Shown: positions 13,594 through 23,589, numbered from the stretch's first letter. The stretch is 64,000 nucleotides of DNA from an uncultured Verrucomicrobiae bacterium (GCA_963762565.1 CAVXLD010000003.1:224001-288000), one strand, 5' to 3'. A program made the numbers and translations. Notes: generated from the letters alone by a model not told the origin.

Positions 13594-13835
13594 AAAAACT
13601 ATTAGAATTTTTACTTTTCCAAAGTGGGATCTAGCAGGCCTGGCAGAAGAATTGATCAACCGTTTCGCATAGATGCCTTCGCCGACGAAACAACCTGAGC
13701 CGGTAAACGGTCGGTCGATTTTCTCGTCCCGCGCCTACGAAGAGAACAAACAGGCAAATCGCAGCGGGCGCCAATTGGCGGAAGGTGCTTTTCATATTCG
13801 TGGCACAAACCCAGCCTGCAGGCCACCCGTAACCC

Positions 13836-14223
13836 TTAACGACCGGGCGAGTCCGGAGAAAACACTGTTAGTGCGGCAAGCTGGGGTTCTTTAATGATTG
13901 GAGATCCATCATCCTTATAAATCTCCAATTCGAATAGCTTCAAGGCGACAGCGTGGAGAAGGATTCTCACAAAGGGACCAACGAGCGGTTCTGTATCCAC
14001 ATCTGAATACCAAGCCTCAACCGGTACTCTGTGATTGACGGGAGCCAGCAGGTCGGATCGAACGTGAAAGAGCAAAGTGCCTGTTTCTTCAATTCTTCTA
14101 ACCAATGTTTCGGATAATTGGAGCTTCAATTCGGTATTCCCAGGGAAAATCTGCCTCCAGTAGCTTCAGGACCAAACGTTTTTCTGCTAGGGTGACTGCT
14201 CGAAATTGTCGTTCGTCCTTCAC
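13836..14223 (-). CDS. Small DUF6984-like protein, one frameshift (~14135)
   Basis: Joined frames read 'EKRLVLKLLEADFP..ELKLQL..VRRIEETGTLLF..RVPVEAWYSD..ILLHAV..LFELEIYKDDGSPI'; family assignment from recollection. Confidence 0.5.
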
Positions 14224-14469
14224 TGGATTGCCGGTGGCCTGATGGTCTTGGGCGTTTGGCTTCATCTCACTGAACGCCATGTCCATTTGCACCGTCACGA
14301 ACCCACGACACACGAACATCTGCACTGGCATGATGAGCATCACCAGCATGTCCATGCCCCAACTGATCCGCCTGGTGAACCGCATTCACACATGCATCGG
14401 CATCAGGAACTGTTTCATTCGCACCCGCATTATCCGGATCTGCATCACAGGCACGGGCACAAGGGATAG
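14224..14469 (+). pseudogene. 3' remnant of a second His-tailed DMT transporter
   Basis: Strong DNA and protein similarity to ~294-533 (WIAGGLMVLG.WLHLTERHVHLHRH...HYPDLHHRH); 5' part absent. Confidence 0.75.
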
Positions 14470-14861
14470 TGAGAGGTGCGAAGTGCGAAGTGATTGGTGA
14501 TTGCCGGTATCTGGGTAATCCGGTACACCCGGGGAATAGCGCTCGCTAGCAAATGCTCTCTTAATGAAAAATGCTGGCGTGCACCTGGAAGGAATACCGT
14601 GGTTGTACTTGTGCGCACCTTGCTTTGAGCGAGTTCCAGCGCTGGACTGAGAAGCCCTTGGCAGCAGGCTAACATCGTGGATTGGCCATTCTCCTGAGCA
14701 CCGGCGCCGTGGCAGTGTTCCGAACAATGGCAGGCGGAAGCAGCCGTGCCTTGAGTGGCCGTCAGCACCCTTAGCAAACAATGTTGAGTCGACGTAAACC
14801 ACGCGAGAGCTGCCACGACAGCAACCATCGAATTTAAAAATCTCGCGCGCCAAAAACGCAT
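14445..14861 (-). CDS. Small Cys/His-rich membrane or secreted protein (DUF2946-like)
   Basis: Hydrophobic N-terminus, 'QHC', 'CHCSEHCH', 'CC' motifs; metal-island context. Confidence 0.45.
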   Translation of the reverse strand: MRFWRARFLNSMVAVVAALAWFTSTQHCLLRVLTATQGTAASACHCSEHCHGAGAQENGQSTMLACCQGLLSPALELAQSKVRTSTTTVFLPGARQHFSLREHLLASAIPRVYRITQIPAITNHFALRTSHYPLCPCL

Positions 14862-15042
14862 TCGTGAAACTCTTGCTCCACGAATGATCCGCTCTCAACC
14901 AAAAGATTGCGCTGCCTGGCCAGGATCTTTGAGCGTTGCTGGCAGGTCGTTAATCCGGTAGTGAAAGGTGAAATAGTAAATAGTAGATGGAGGATGTGGG
15001 ATGATAGGTGATGAGGTAAAAAAGGGCAAGAAGCCAAAAAGA

Positions 15043-15840
15043 ATGAAACCTGAGATATTGAGTCCGGCCTGCAAGAATCCTGCTCTGGTGGGCAAATGCG
15101 CGATGGGCATTATGATTAAGACGCCTCGGAACGGGCGCTCCAAAACTCGCCTTTGCCCTCCGTTCTCTCCGGAAGAAGCGGCTGGTATCAGTCGTTGCTT
15201 TTTAAAAGACACCAGCGCGACGATCGAAGCTTTGCGGCGCCAAGACTCTCTTGTGGTCGGGGTTGCGGTTTACACGCCAGTTGGAACCGAGCATGAGCTT
15301 GAACAACTTTTACCATCCGGATTCAAAATGATCGCCCAGCGCGAGACCGATTTTGGCGCTCGGTTATTAGGCGCAGTTCAGGACCTTTTCTCTGTGGGAT
15401 TCGGGGCGGTTTGTCTAATAGACTCCGATAGTCCTACTCTTCCGCTTTCTTACCTGCAAGAAATGGCGGCCGCTCTTAAGGAGGGTAATGATCGAGTCCT
15501 TATCGGGCCGAGCACGGATGGCGGTTATTACGCCATAGGGATGCGGGAAGCGCACGTCAGGCTCTTTCAGGATATCACCTGGGACGCGGATCGGGTCTGT
15601 GACCAAACGATAGAAAGGGCCAAGGAAATTGCCGTGCCGGCGATTACACTGCCTGCCTGGTACGATGTGGATGATCAGTTCTCCCTAGAACGCCTCTTAT
15701 CCGAACTATTTCCGGAGCGTGCAAAAGAGGCGGCGCCAAAAGGGGCGCCTGCTCCAAACACGAGAGCGTTCCTTAACGAGATGTTGGCAAGAGAAGGTAC
15801 CGCCGCATCTGGCCCAACGGAACGCCGTGAACGCCATTAA
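15043..15840 (+). CDS. DUF2064 / TIGR04282-family glycosyltransferase-like protein
   Basis: 'IKTPRNGRSKTRL', 'QRETDFGARL', 'IDSDSPTLP', 'GPSTDGGYYAIG', 'WYDVDD'. Confidence 0.88.
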   Translation: MKPEILSPACKNPALVGKCAMGIMIKTPRNGRSKTRLCPPFSPEEAAGISRCFLKDTSATIEALRRQDSLVVGVAVYTPVGTEHELEQLLPSGFKMIAQRETDFGARLLGAVQDLFSVGFGAVCLIDSDSPTLPLSYLQEMAAALKEGNDRVLIGPSTDGGYYAIGMREAHVRLFQDITWDADRVCDQTIERAKEIAVPAITLPAWYDVDDQFSLERLLSELFPERAKEAAPKGAPAPNTRAFLNEMLAREGTAASGPTERRERH

Positions 15841-17221
15841 CACCGTGAACGCCGAGAGCGCCGGGAAACGGTGGCTTCTAATCCTCATCGCGTTCGGGGT
15901 TCTGCTGTTGATTGTCGAGCTCTGTTTTTTTGGTGCGCATCGCGACAACCGCTTCTACTGGGAGCTCTTTTGGCTCTTGATATCCGGAATTCCGTTTGCG
16001 TTCGCGGTTTGGTGGACGTTTCGGCAAAAGCGATTTCCACGAAGCACTCTCGTTGTAATCCTGATCGGGGGTGCACTGTTTCGGTTCATCCTTGTTCCCT
16101 TGGATCCTCCGCGACTCTCGACGGATATTTATCGTTATATCTGGGATGGACGGGTCCAGGGAGCCGGCATCAATCCTTATCTTTATCTACCAGTCGATCC
16201 AAGACTTAAGTCGCTGCGCGACGATTCGATTTATCCGAACATCAATCGAAAGACTTATGCTCACACAATCTATCCGCCTGTCGCCCAGATTTTTTTCCTC
16301 GTTGTCACTCGGGTGACCCAGACCGTCCCCGGATTCAAAGCCGTGGTTGTGCTGATAGACCTGGCGACGATGGGGTTGGTAGTGGCTACTCTTAGAGCGA
16401 TCGGTCAACCGGCAGAGCGCGTGATCGTTTACGCATGGCATCCCCTGCCGATTGTCGAATTTGGTGCTTCCGGGCATATCGACGCACTGATGATTTGTTT
16501 TATCGCGATCGCCGTGCTAGCGAGGGTTCATCGGAAATTCGGCGTCGCCGGGGTTGCGTTAGGAGCCGCAACGCTAGTTAAGTTTATTCCGGTCATTCTG
16601 CTGCCGGCAATCTATCGTCGGTGGGGCAAGAAATTGCCCATTGCGTTCTTAATCACGATCATCGTTTGCTACCTGGCATATCTGTTTGCCGCCGGGAAGG
16701 GAGTCCTTGGCTTTCTACCCCAATATGCCCAGGAAGAGGGGCTGCAGAATGGTGGCCGCTACTATCTTCTGGACCTGATCGATTATGTATTAGATTGGTG
16801 CGGGGTGGTGCACGAATTCCCGCCACGGGTTTTCACTGCGATTGCGTTGGGTGGCCTGGGAATACTCGCAGTTTGGGCATTTTATCGGCAGATTCCTTTC
16901 GGGAAAGAAGAGGACGAATTCAGGAGTCAATGGATCTTTTCCGGGTTTGTCTTGGCGGTGACCTTTTCCGCTTTCCTCTCTCCATATTACCCGTGGTACT
17001 ATACTTGGTTAGTCTTTTTCCTCTGTTTCGTTCCCAGTTCGGCTGTACTCGCGCTTACGTTGATCGCCTGGCCTCTCTACCGTTCGCTGTTAGAGCAGTC
17101 GGAGGGTGATCTTTTCCGGTTCCAGTCCCGGCTTTTTCTTCCGTTTTTTGGTCTGCTGATAGTGGCATGGGTAGGGCATCGGATCGGAGTGGTAAGGAGG
17201 AAGGGTTCAGGCCCGGTTTGA
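15827..17221 (+). CDS. GT87-like polyprenyl-phosphate-sugar-dependent membrane glycosyltransferase
   Basis: 'STDIYRYIWDGRVQ..GINPY', 'TIYPP', 'YAWHPL...SGHID', 'PWY'; many TM helices. Confidence 0.82.
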   Translation: MNAINTVNAESAGKRWLLILIAFGVLLLIVELCFFGAHRDNRFYWELFWLLISGIPFAFAVWWTFRQKRFPRSTLVVILIGGALFRFILVPLDPPRLSTDIYRYIWDGRVQGAGINPYLYLPVDPRLKSLRDDSIYPNINRKTYAHTIYPPVAQIFFLVVTRVTQTVPGFKAVVVLIDLATMGLVVATLRAIGQPAERVIVYAWHPLPIVEFGASGHIDALMICFIAIAVLARVHRKFGVAGVALGAATLVKFIPVILLPAIYRRWGKKLPIAFLITIIVCYLAYLFAAGKGVLGFLPQYAQEEGLQNGGRYYLLDLIDYVLDWCGVVHEFPPRVFTAIALGGLGILAVWAFYRQIPFGKEEDEFRSQWIFSGFVLAVTFSAFLSPYYPWYYTWLVFFLCFVPSSAVLALTLIAWPLYRSLLEQSEGDLFRFQSRLFLPFFGLLIVAWVGHRIGVVRRKGSGPV

Positions 17222-17238
17222 TTCGGTCTCCGACCGCA

Positions 17239-17266
17239 TCGGCCTCGCAAGCGAGGCGCGCTCCAC
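17239..17266. repeat. REP family R3 half-site (tcggcctcgcaagcgaggcgcgctccac)
   Basis: Identical copy at 22107-22134; paired inverted copies at 60656-60845. Confidence 0.75.
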
Positions 17267-17317
17267 GGTCGGGTGCTTTACTTTTCACCTTTCACCTTTC
17301 ACTTCACTCTCACTCTG

Positions 17318-18469
17318 ATGCCGTCACACCCTCAAAGAGAACGAGCGCTAGTCACCGGCGGGGCCGGACTCATCGGTTCGCACATTGTGGATCTGCTGCT
17401 GGCGAAAGGTTGGGCGGTCCGGGTATTGGATAATCTCGAGCCGCAAACTCATCGGCAGGGCAAGCCGCCTTGGCTTCAAGCCGCGATCGAGAACGGAGCG
17501 GAGTTCGTAAACGGGGACATTCGCGATCGCGAAGTAGTGGAGTCGGTTCTAGACGAAATCGATGTCGTGTTTCACGAAGCGGCTTACGGAGGTTATATGC
17601 CCGAGATCACGAAGTATGTGGCTGTAAATAGTTTCGGAACGGCTCAACTGCTCGAAATTATTCGGGAGAAAAGGCTCGGCATCCGGAAAGTTATTGTGGC
17701 TTCTTCGCAAGCAGTTTATCCGGAAGGAGCAGGGGAGTGCGCCCACCATGGCATGGTGTTTCCCGGCCTCCGACCGGTTGAGCAACTCCGGCGTGGCGAT
17801 TTCTCAGTCCATTGCCCGATCTGCCAGAGTCCCACAAAATCGGTACCCACACCGGAGTTTGCGCCGTTGGGAGGCGAAACCGTCTATGCCATTACCAAGG
17901 TGGATCAGGAAAAACTCGTGTTAACCTGGGGACGGCAGGTTGGAATTCCGAGCGTAGCATTGCGTTACTCCTGTACCTTCGGACCGCGCCAATCGATATT
18001 TAACCCTTACACCGGCGTCATTGCTATTTTCTGTACAAGATTACTCAATCATCTCGCGCCGGTTATCTATGAAGATGGCGAGCAAACCCGCGATTTCAGC
18101 TTTGTCGAAGACATCGCTCGCGCCAATTTTTTGGCTGCGACTACCGACCAACTAGACGGCAAGGCGGTGAACGTCGGGAGTGGTCAAGCGGTTACGATTA
18201 AGCGAATCGCTGAAATGATTTCTGAGGCGCTAAACATACCGCTCCAGCCGATCATGAACCAGGAATTTCGACCGGGTGAGATGCGGCATTTGATATCTGA
18301 TACGACCCTGATCCGAAAGGCAGGTTATACGCCGGAGGTCAGTTTGGGAGAAGGGATAGAACGGTATCTCGGCTGGATCCGCGAACAAGGAAGCATCAAG
18401 GAGTACTTTGCTGCTGCGGAAACCATTCTACGGGAGAAGGGAATTCTACAGAGAGTGCGGGAGGAATAG
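17318..18469 (+). CDS. NAD-dependent epimerase/dehydratase (extended SDR)
   Basis: 'TGGAGLIG', catalytic 'YAITK', 'GEQTRDF'; Cys-containing insertion (CAHH...CPIC). Confidence 0.9.
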   Translation: MPSHPQRERALVTGGAGLIGSHIVDLLLAKGWAVRVLDNLEPQTHRQGKPPWLQAAIENGAEFVNGDIRDREVVESVLDEIDVVFHEAAYGGYMPEITKYVAVNSFGTAQLLEIIREKRLGIRKVIVASSQAVYPEGAGECAHHGMVFPGLRPVEQLRRGDFSVHCPICQSPTKSVPTPEFAPLGGETVYAITKVDQEKLVLTWGRQVGIPSVALRYSCTFGPRQSIFNPYTGVIAIFCTRLLNHLAPVIYEDGEQTRDFSFVEDIARANFLAATTDQLDGKAVNVGSGQAVTIKRIAEMISEALNIPLQPIMNQEFRPGEMRHLISDTTLIRKAGYTPEVSLGEGIERYLGWIREQGSIKEYFAAAETILREKGILQRVREE

Positions 18470-18535
18470 CAAATAGCAGAAAGTAGATAGCAAAGCGAAG
18501 AGTGGCACTTCGTTCTTGTCCTCCTGAGATGAACA

Positions 18536-18666
18536 GGGCCCATCGCCGGGAGGGATCGCGTCCTCGCGATCGGTTGTTTTCGAAGTCCATGACAGACCCG
18601 ATCACGCGCTGCATTACACCGAAAATTATAGACCTGTTCGCGGCGCGCGGGGACGCGCGCCCTCCC
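18536..18666. repeat. REP family R2 element flanked by inverted heptamer tandems (aaatagc / gctattt)
   Basis: gggcccatcgccgggagggatcgcgtcctcg ... cgcggcgcgcggggacgcgcgccctccc; same arms at 35782-35924. Confidence 0.75.
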
Positions 18667-18725
18667 ACTATTTGCTATCTGCTATTTGCTATTTACTATT
18701 CTAGCCCGTAAAGATGGCGGCCTAG

Positions 18726-19418
18726 ATGGTGTGCTTGGTCATTCCCGCACTCAACGAAGCTGAGGTCATTGGGGAAGTCGTCCGCTCGATTCCACGGACT
18801 GTGGTGGACCACATCATCGTAGTTGACAATGGAAGCACCGACGCCACCGCCCGAATGGCGACTGAGGCGGGAGCGACGGTAGTTGCTCAGCCGATTCGCG
18901 GGTACGGCAGAGCCTGCCGAGCCGGGATGGAGGCCGCAATTAGAACAGGCGCCGATATCGTTGTGTTCATCGATGGCGACGGGAGTGATTGCCCGGAATT
19001 TATGGGCTATTTGGTTCGACCAATTCAAGAGGGCCATTTTGATTTTGTGATCGGGTCGCGTACCCGCGGGATGCGGGAACCCGGTAGTCTTAATCCGCAA
19101 CAGATCGTGGCTGCCTACTTGGCTGGTCGGTTGTTGCGGGTTCGTTACGGCGTGAATTTTAGCGATATGTCTCCTTTTCGGGCGATCCGAACGGAGCTGT
19201 TGCAGTCATTGCCGATGCGAGAGGAAACTTACGGCTGGAACCTGGAAATGCAGATGCTAGTAGCGCAAAAGCATGCCCGGATCTTAGAAGTCCCGGTCAA
19301 TCATCGCCGGCGCCGTGGCGGTATTTCCAAGGTTTCTGGTACAGTCAAAGGAACCGTTCTAGCGGCTTTCCGGATCGCAGCGACGTTCCTTCGGGTGAGC
19401 CTGACGCCGCGCGCATAA
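18726..19418 (+). CDS. Glycosyltransferase family 2 (DPM1-like)
   Basis: 'VIPALNEA', 'VVDNGSTD', 'DGDGSD', 'VIGSR', 'SKVSGT'. Confidence 0.9.
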   Translation: MVCLVIPALNEAEVIGEVVRSIPRTVVDHIIVVDNGSTDATARMATEAGATVVAQPIRGYGRACRAGMEAAIRTGADIVVFIDGDGSDCPEFMGYLVRPIQEGHFDFVIGSRTRGMREPGSLNPQQIVAAYLAGRLLRVRYGVNFSDMSPFRAIRTELLQSLPMREETYGWNLEMQMLVAQKHARILEVPVNHRRRRGGISKVSGTVKGTVLAAFRIAATFLRVSLTPRA

Positions 19419-19668
19419 CCAATGCCTCGGGAGCCAGGACCTGGACGCAGCTTGGGCTTAGATGCGATCTTGCTGCGAGGTAAGGATGAGCCCGCCAGCG
19501 GCGGTTTCTGGCGGCGATTGGTTCGGCTGCTTTCGTAGAAGGCGATCGCGAATTTGGCTTTTGGCGGATATTTTGATTTCGATTAAAGCCGCAGAGCTAT
19601 TAAACTAGGGACGCAGATCACACCCGGGGCGAATTTAAAATGTAGGAGCGTGGAACCCGGAAGCCGTT

Positions 19669-20703
19669 ATGCAAGCCAAAGCAAACATCGAAGTCGACGC
19701 CGGCACAAAGTCGTTTGCTACTGGATTGCTGCCCGTGCTTATCGCCGCATTACGCCGATGTCGACCCGGCGATCTGATTGCGGTCATTGGCCAGGAAGCG
19801 GCTATTGGGTCAGACCTTGAAACCTGGTGCCGTTTCACGCGCAATACTCTGATTGAGTCGAGTTTCGAGACTGGTGGCATGCGTTGGGTCATCCGGTGTG
19901 GGGAGGCTCCGGCGGAAGACACCACCGATCGTCCAATCGGCTCACGTCTTTGGCTCTACACGAATTTCGATTGTAACTTACATTGTAACTATTGTTGTGT
20001 GCGGTCATCGCCAAAAGCTCCAAGGCGCGAGCTTGGCCTTGTTCGAGTCCGGCAGATAGCTAGCGAGGCAGCCGGGCTCGGCGTCCGTGAAATTTTTGTG
20101 ACCGGCGGTGAACCGTTTCTGCTCAGTGATATCGGCGATATTCTGGCTGCCTGCACCGCGACGGCTCTGACGACTGTACTCACGAACGGCGGGCTTTTTT
20201 CCGGGCGACGCCTTGAAACGGTTCGTTCGCTGCCGAAGGACCGCTTGACGCTGCAGATCAGTTTAGACAGTCCGACCCCGGAACGACACGATTACCATCG
20301 GGGAAAGGGGAGTTGGGAGCGCGCTTTGAACGGGATCGAATCGGCTCGGAGGGAGGGGTTCCGGGTGCGATTGGCAGCAACCGTCTCGAGTGATGATGAG
20401 GCAGACGAGTTCCGCCGGTTCCTGGACGGTCGCGACATTAAGGAGGAGGACCGGGTGATTCGCCGTATCGTGCTCCGAGGTTTCGCCAGCGAAGGGATTG
20501 CGCTCGCACGGGCTGATCTAGTGCCGGAAGTCACTATCGCCGCGGACGGTGTCTACTGGCATCCCGTGGGAGCCGATGACCCAGACCTGCTGGTCACCTC
20601 GAATATCTTTCCTTTGGCCGAGGCTTTTGCAGCAGTGCGCGCTGCGTTCGAACGCGAAAACGAACACCGGCGTAAGTTGGCGACGATCTTTAATTGTGCG
20701 TGA
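19669..20703 (+). CDS. Radical SAM protein with N-terminal TusA-like domain (Rv1681/MoeX-like)
   Basis: CxxxCxxC 'CNLHCNYCC', 'TGGEP', 'LTNG', 'ISLD'; N-terminal 'PGDLIAV...DLETWCRFT' TusA-type pattern; ends 'IFNCA'. Confidence 0.82.
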   Translation: MQAKANIEVDAGTKSFATGLLPVLIAALRRCRPGDLIAVIGQEAAIGSDLETWCRFTRNTLIESSFETGGMRWVIRCGEAPAEDTTDRPIGSRLWLYTNFDCNLHCNYCCVRSSPKAPRRELGLVRVRQIASEAAGLGVREIFVTGGEPFLLSDIGDILAACTATALTTVLTNGGLFSGRRLETVRSLPKDRLTLQISLDSPTPERHDYHRGKGSWERALNGIESARREGFRVRLAATVSSDDEADEFRRFLDGRDIKEEDRVIRRIVLRGFASEGIALARADLVPEVTIAADGVYWHPVGADDPDLLVTSNIFPLAEAFAAVRAAFERENEHRRKLATIFNCA

Positions 20704-20729
20704 ATCCGTGCTAATCGAGCGTGCTGTGG

Positions 20730-21998
20730 TTAGCCCATGTCTCCCCCCGAGGGACGTGGGAGACGGAGTCCGGCAAGGAGCAGGAGTGTGCATATCCCGA
20801 TGAGCACTGGCTCGATGGTGAATGCGGCGTGCAGTCCGAGGTGGTCGGAGAGGCTGCCCAGGAGGTAGGGAGCGGCGATGACGAACGCGCCGCCGACTAG
20901 CTGCGTGCGGGCGCTGGCGGCGTCAGCATTTCTGGGCGCAGCGGCCAGGGTCAAGGCAAGCGAGAGAGGCCAGAGATTGGCGACGCCCAACCCACAGAAG
21001 AACAGCCCGGCGATCATGAGGACGGGCTGGCCGGCGAGCCAGAACAGCAGGAACCCGGCAGCCGTGACGGCCAGCGATATGCACAGCAGCGGGACGGCCC
21101 GCCCGGCGCGGCGGGTGAGCCACGCTCCTCCGACGCGGCCGGCCAGGCTGCCGAGATAGAAGGCACTCATCGCGATGGCGGCCTGGGCAGTGCGCAGCCC
21201 GGCAGAGGTTAACAATTCAGCGCCGAAGTAGACCATGCAAAACTCGACCGCCATGCCGCCAGCGGCCAGAGTGGCCAGTAGCCAGCAGGCCAACGTTAGC
21301 CGCTCCCCACTTTCGATGCGCCGCCCTTCAGGGGCTGCGGACAGTGGCTGGTGCCGCCAGCGCAGGTAGAGGCCGGCTAGGACAAAGGCGGGCAGAACCA
21401 TCGCCACGCGCCAGCCTCCGGAGGCGCCCTGCAGCAGGCCAAGAAGGAGCGGGGCGAGCACCGCGCAGGCGGAGGCGCCGATGTTGGCTTCGGTCAGTGC
21501 GCGGTCGCGGCCTTCACCGTGTCGGTCAGACAAGATCACCTGGGTGCAGGTGAGTAGGATCGTGCCGGCGAAGCCGAGCACTGCGGCGCCGAGCAGGGTA
21601 AGTGCGATGGTGTGGGTTGCGGCGAAGAGGCCGGCGCCGGCCGTGGCGCCTGCCGCCGAGCCCCACAGCAGCACCGCTCGAGGCAACCGGCGCGCCATCG
21701 CGGCGAAGCTTACCCCGACAAGGACCGTGCCGAATCCCCACAGCGCGGAGTACGCTCCTACCAAGGTGTAGGAAAAATGCATTTCTGCTCGCAGCAGCGC
21801 CGGCGCGAGGCCGAACGCGTACCGCCAGAAGGCGAAGGCCGCCAGCACTGCGTAGCACAGCAGTGTCGGTGTGTCCCGGCGGAAATCCTCACCTCGGGAA
21901 TTGTCCGCTGCCTGATGCGGCTCGTTTCGGCGGATAAATGATCCGTTGCCCCGGCCGAGGAGATTTCTTCTCCTAGCGTACTCAAATTTTGGTTTCAT
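20730..21998 (-). CDS. MFS transporter (visibly GC-richer than its flanks; start uncertain)
   Basis: ~12 hydrophobic segments, 'GRVGGAWLTRRAG', 'PYLLGSLSDHLG'. Confidence 0.8.
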   Translation of the reverse strand: MKPKFEYARRRNLLGRGNGSFIRRNEPHQAADNSRGEDFRRDTPTLLCYAVLAAFAFWRYAFGLAPALLRAEMHFSYTLVGAYSALWGFGTVLVGVSFAAMARRLPRAVLLWGSAAGATAGAGLFAATHTIALTLLGAAVLGFAGTILLTCTQVILSDRHGEGRDRALTEANIGASACAVLAPLLLGLLQGASGGWRVAMVLPAFVLAGLYLRWRHQPLSAAPEGRRIESGERLTLACWLLATLAAGGMAVEFCMVYFGAELLTSAGLRTAQAAIAMSAFYLGSLAGRVGGAWLTRRAGRAVPLLCISLAVTAAGFLLFWLAGQPVLMIAGLFFCGLGVANLWPLSLALTLAAAPRNADAASARTQLVGGAFVIAAPYLLGSLSDHLGLHAAFTIEPVLIGICTLLLLAGLRLPRPSGGDMG

Positions 21999-22106
21999 AT
22001 GGTCACCCCTCCAAGCCGCTCGCTTTCAGGTAACCGGCGGGCGAGGGCGGATTCGAGGACAGCCTGTCCGCCGCAGCCCAATCTTTATGTCGCCACCCGC
22101 TCAATG

Positions 22107-22134
22107 TCGGCCTCGCAAGCGAGGCGCGCTCCAC
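22107..22134. repeat. REP family R3 half-site
   Basis: Identical to 17239-17266. Confidence 0.75.
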
Positions 22135-22467
22135 AACGATGAATCGGCGAAGGCGGAAGGACGACGACGAGGACGAGAACGAAGCGCCTTGTGAGTGGCA
22201 GCGCTCAAAGCCGCAGGACGACCGCCATCAGGGCTGCGAGGCGGACTTGGTTCACAGACAGTTTATCGGCAACCGGGTTAGGCGGCCGCTCACCGGGTTG
22301 TGCGTCGGAGATCGGGACAAATCTGGTGTTCAGGCGCCGGATTGCATGGTTGGCAATTGCAGATCGATGCTCCTTGGGGGAGGCTGGCCCGGTAAACCAA
22401 CGAGAGAGAATAGCAGCATTCATTGTAATAAATTCCTTTCTGAATAGTGTTCCTTTTCGTTTCTATC

Positions 22468-22493
22468 TTAAACGATTTACTAAATCGATTTAG
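22468..22493. promoter_or_regulatory. LacI-type operator: perfect palindrome CTAAATCGATTTAG plus a degenerate adjacent copy
   Basis: 14-bp palindrome at 22480-22493 with a central CG, 1 nt before the LacI ATG; TTAAACGATTTAC immediately upstream. Confidence 0.65.
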
Positions 22494-22494
22494 A

Positions 22495-23589
22495 ATGCAA
22501 GCAGAATTTGATAAAACTTCCTCCCAGAAAAAGCCGACCATTAAAGCGGTCGCTGTCGCTGCCGGCGTTTCTACCGCAACCGTTTCCAACGCTTTTAATC
22601 ACCCGGATCAACTCTCACCCGAAGTACGGGAACGAGTTCTGGCTATCGCTCGCGAACTCGGATACAGCGGCGCTAATCCTGTTGCCCGAAACCTTCGCCG
22701 GATGTCGACCAATACTATTGGCTTTGTCTACAAGGAGTCTCTAGAGTTCGGGATCAATGACCCGGCGTCTCAACAATTCCTGCAAGGAATTGCTCGAGCC
22801 CTAGAAAGCCGCGGACTCGGACTCCTGCTCCTTCCCTACAGCGCGACTGCAAATTCTGAAACTGTTCGAAACGCAGCGGTCGACGGCATCATTTTGTATT
22901 GTCCTCCGATCAACACTCCCCTGGTGCAAGTTGTGAAGGATCGCCGGCTGCCGGCAGTATTCGTCGACTACCCGACTCGCCCCGATTGCACCACGGTCCG
23001 GGTTCGCGACCGCTCGGGGGCACGCGCCCTGGCCGAGCATCTGATCCAACTCGGGCACAAACGCTTCGGCATTATCAGCAGCCGGCTCGCGGAAGATTTT
23101 CGCGAAGGCTTAAGCGATTGGAGTCGCCTCGAACACGGTTTCTATTATCCGGAAAAAGAGCGATTGATTGGTTACCGTCAAGCCCTGGAAGCGGCTAATA
23201 TTGACCTTAGCCGTCACGTCCGAATATTCGAAGGCAAACATAGCGCAACCTTGTTCGGTAGGCGCGCGATGGCCGCTTTTCTGGCCGCTGAGTTTAAGCC
23301 GACGGCAATCCTCGCATTCTCTGATATGCTTGCGATCGGAGCGATCGAACAGTTGAAAGAATCTGGATTCAAGGTGCCGTACGACGTTTCTGTTGCCGGT
23401 TTTGATGATGTGCCAGAAGCGAGCAGGATAGAACCTGCACTGACTACTGTTCGGCAAGATTCGGAAGAAAAGGGGCGGCGCGCAGCTAAGTTTCTCTTGG
23501 AAATGCTCGACGGCCAGGCCGAGGAAAACCGGCATTCAGTTCTTGCGGTGGAATTGATCGTTCGCAAGTCCACCGGTAAAGCGCGATAG
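22495..23589 (+). CDS. LacI-family transcriptional regulator
   Basis: HTH 'TIKAVAVAAGVSTATVSNAFN'; C-terminal 'VPYDVSVAGFDD...PALTTVRQ...LIVRKST'. Confidence 0.93.
   Translation: MQAEFDKTSSQKKPTIKAVAVAAGVSTATVSNAFNHPDQLSPEVRERVLAIARELGYSGANPVARNLRRMSTNTIGFVYKESLEFGINDPASQQFLQGIARALESRGLGLLLLPYSATANSETVRNAAVDGIILYCPPINTPLVQVVKDRRLPAVFVDYPTRPDCTTVRVRDRSGARALAEHLIQLGHKRFGIISSRLAEDFREGLSDWSRLEHGFYYPEKERLIGYRQALEAANIDLSRHVRIFEGKHSATLFGRRAMAAFLAAEFKPTAILAFSDMLAIGAIEQLKESGFKVPYDVSVAGFDDVPEASRIEPALTTVRQDSEEKGRRAAKFLLEMLDGQAEENRHSVLAVELIVRKSTGKAR

Noticed and set aside
20701..20733. Selenocysteine read-through of the rSAM TGA (would give ...FNCA-U-IRANRACCG*)
   Set aside because: No recognisable SECIS hairpin, no sel genes in the window, and homologs are recalled to end at FxCA; likely coincidence
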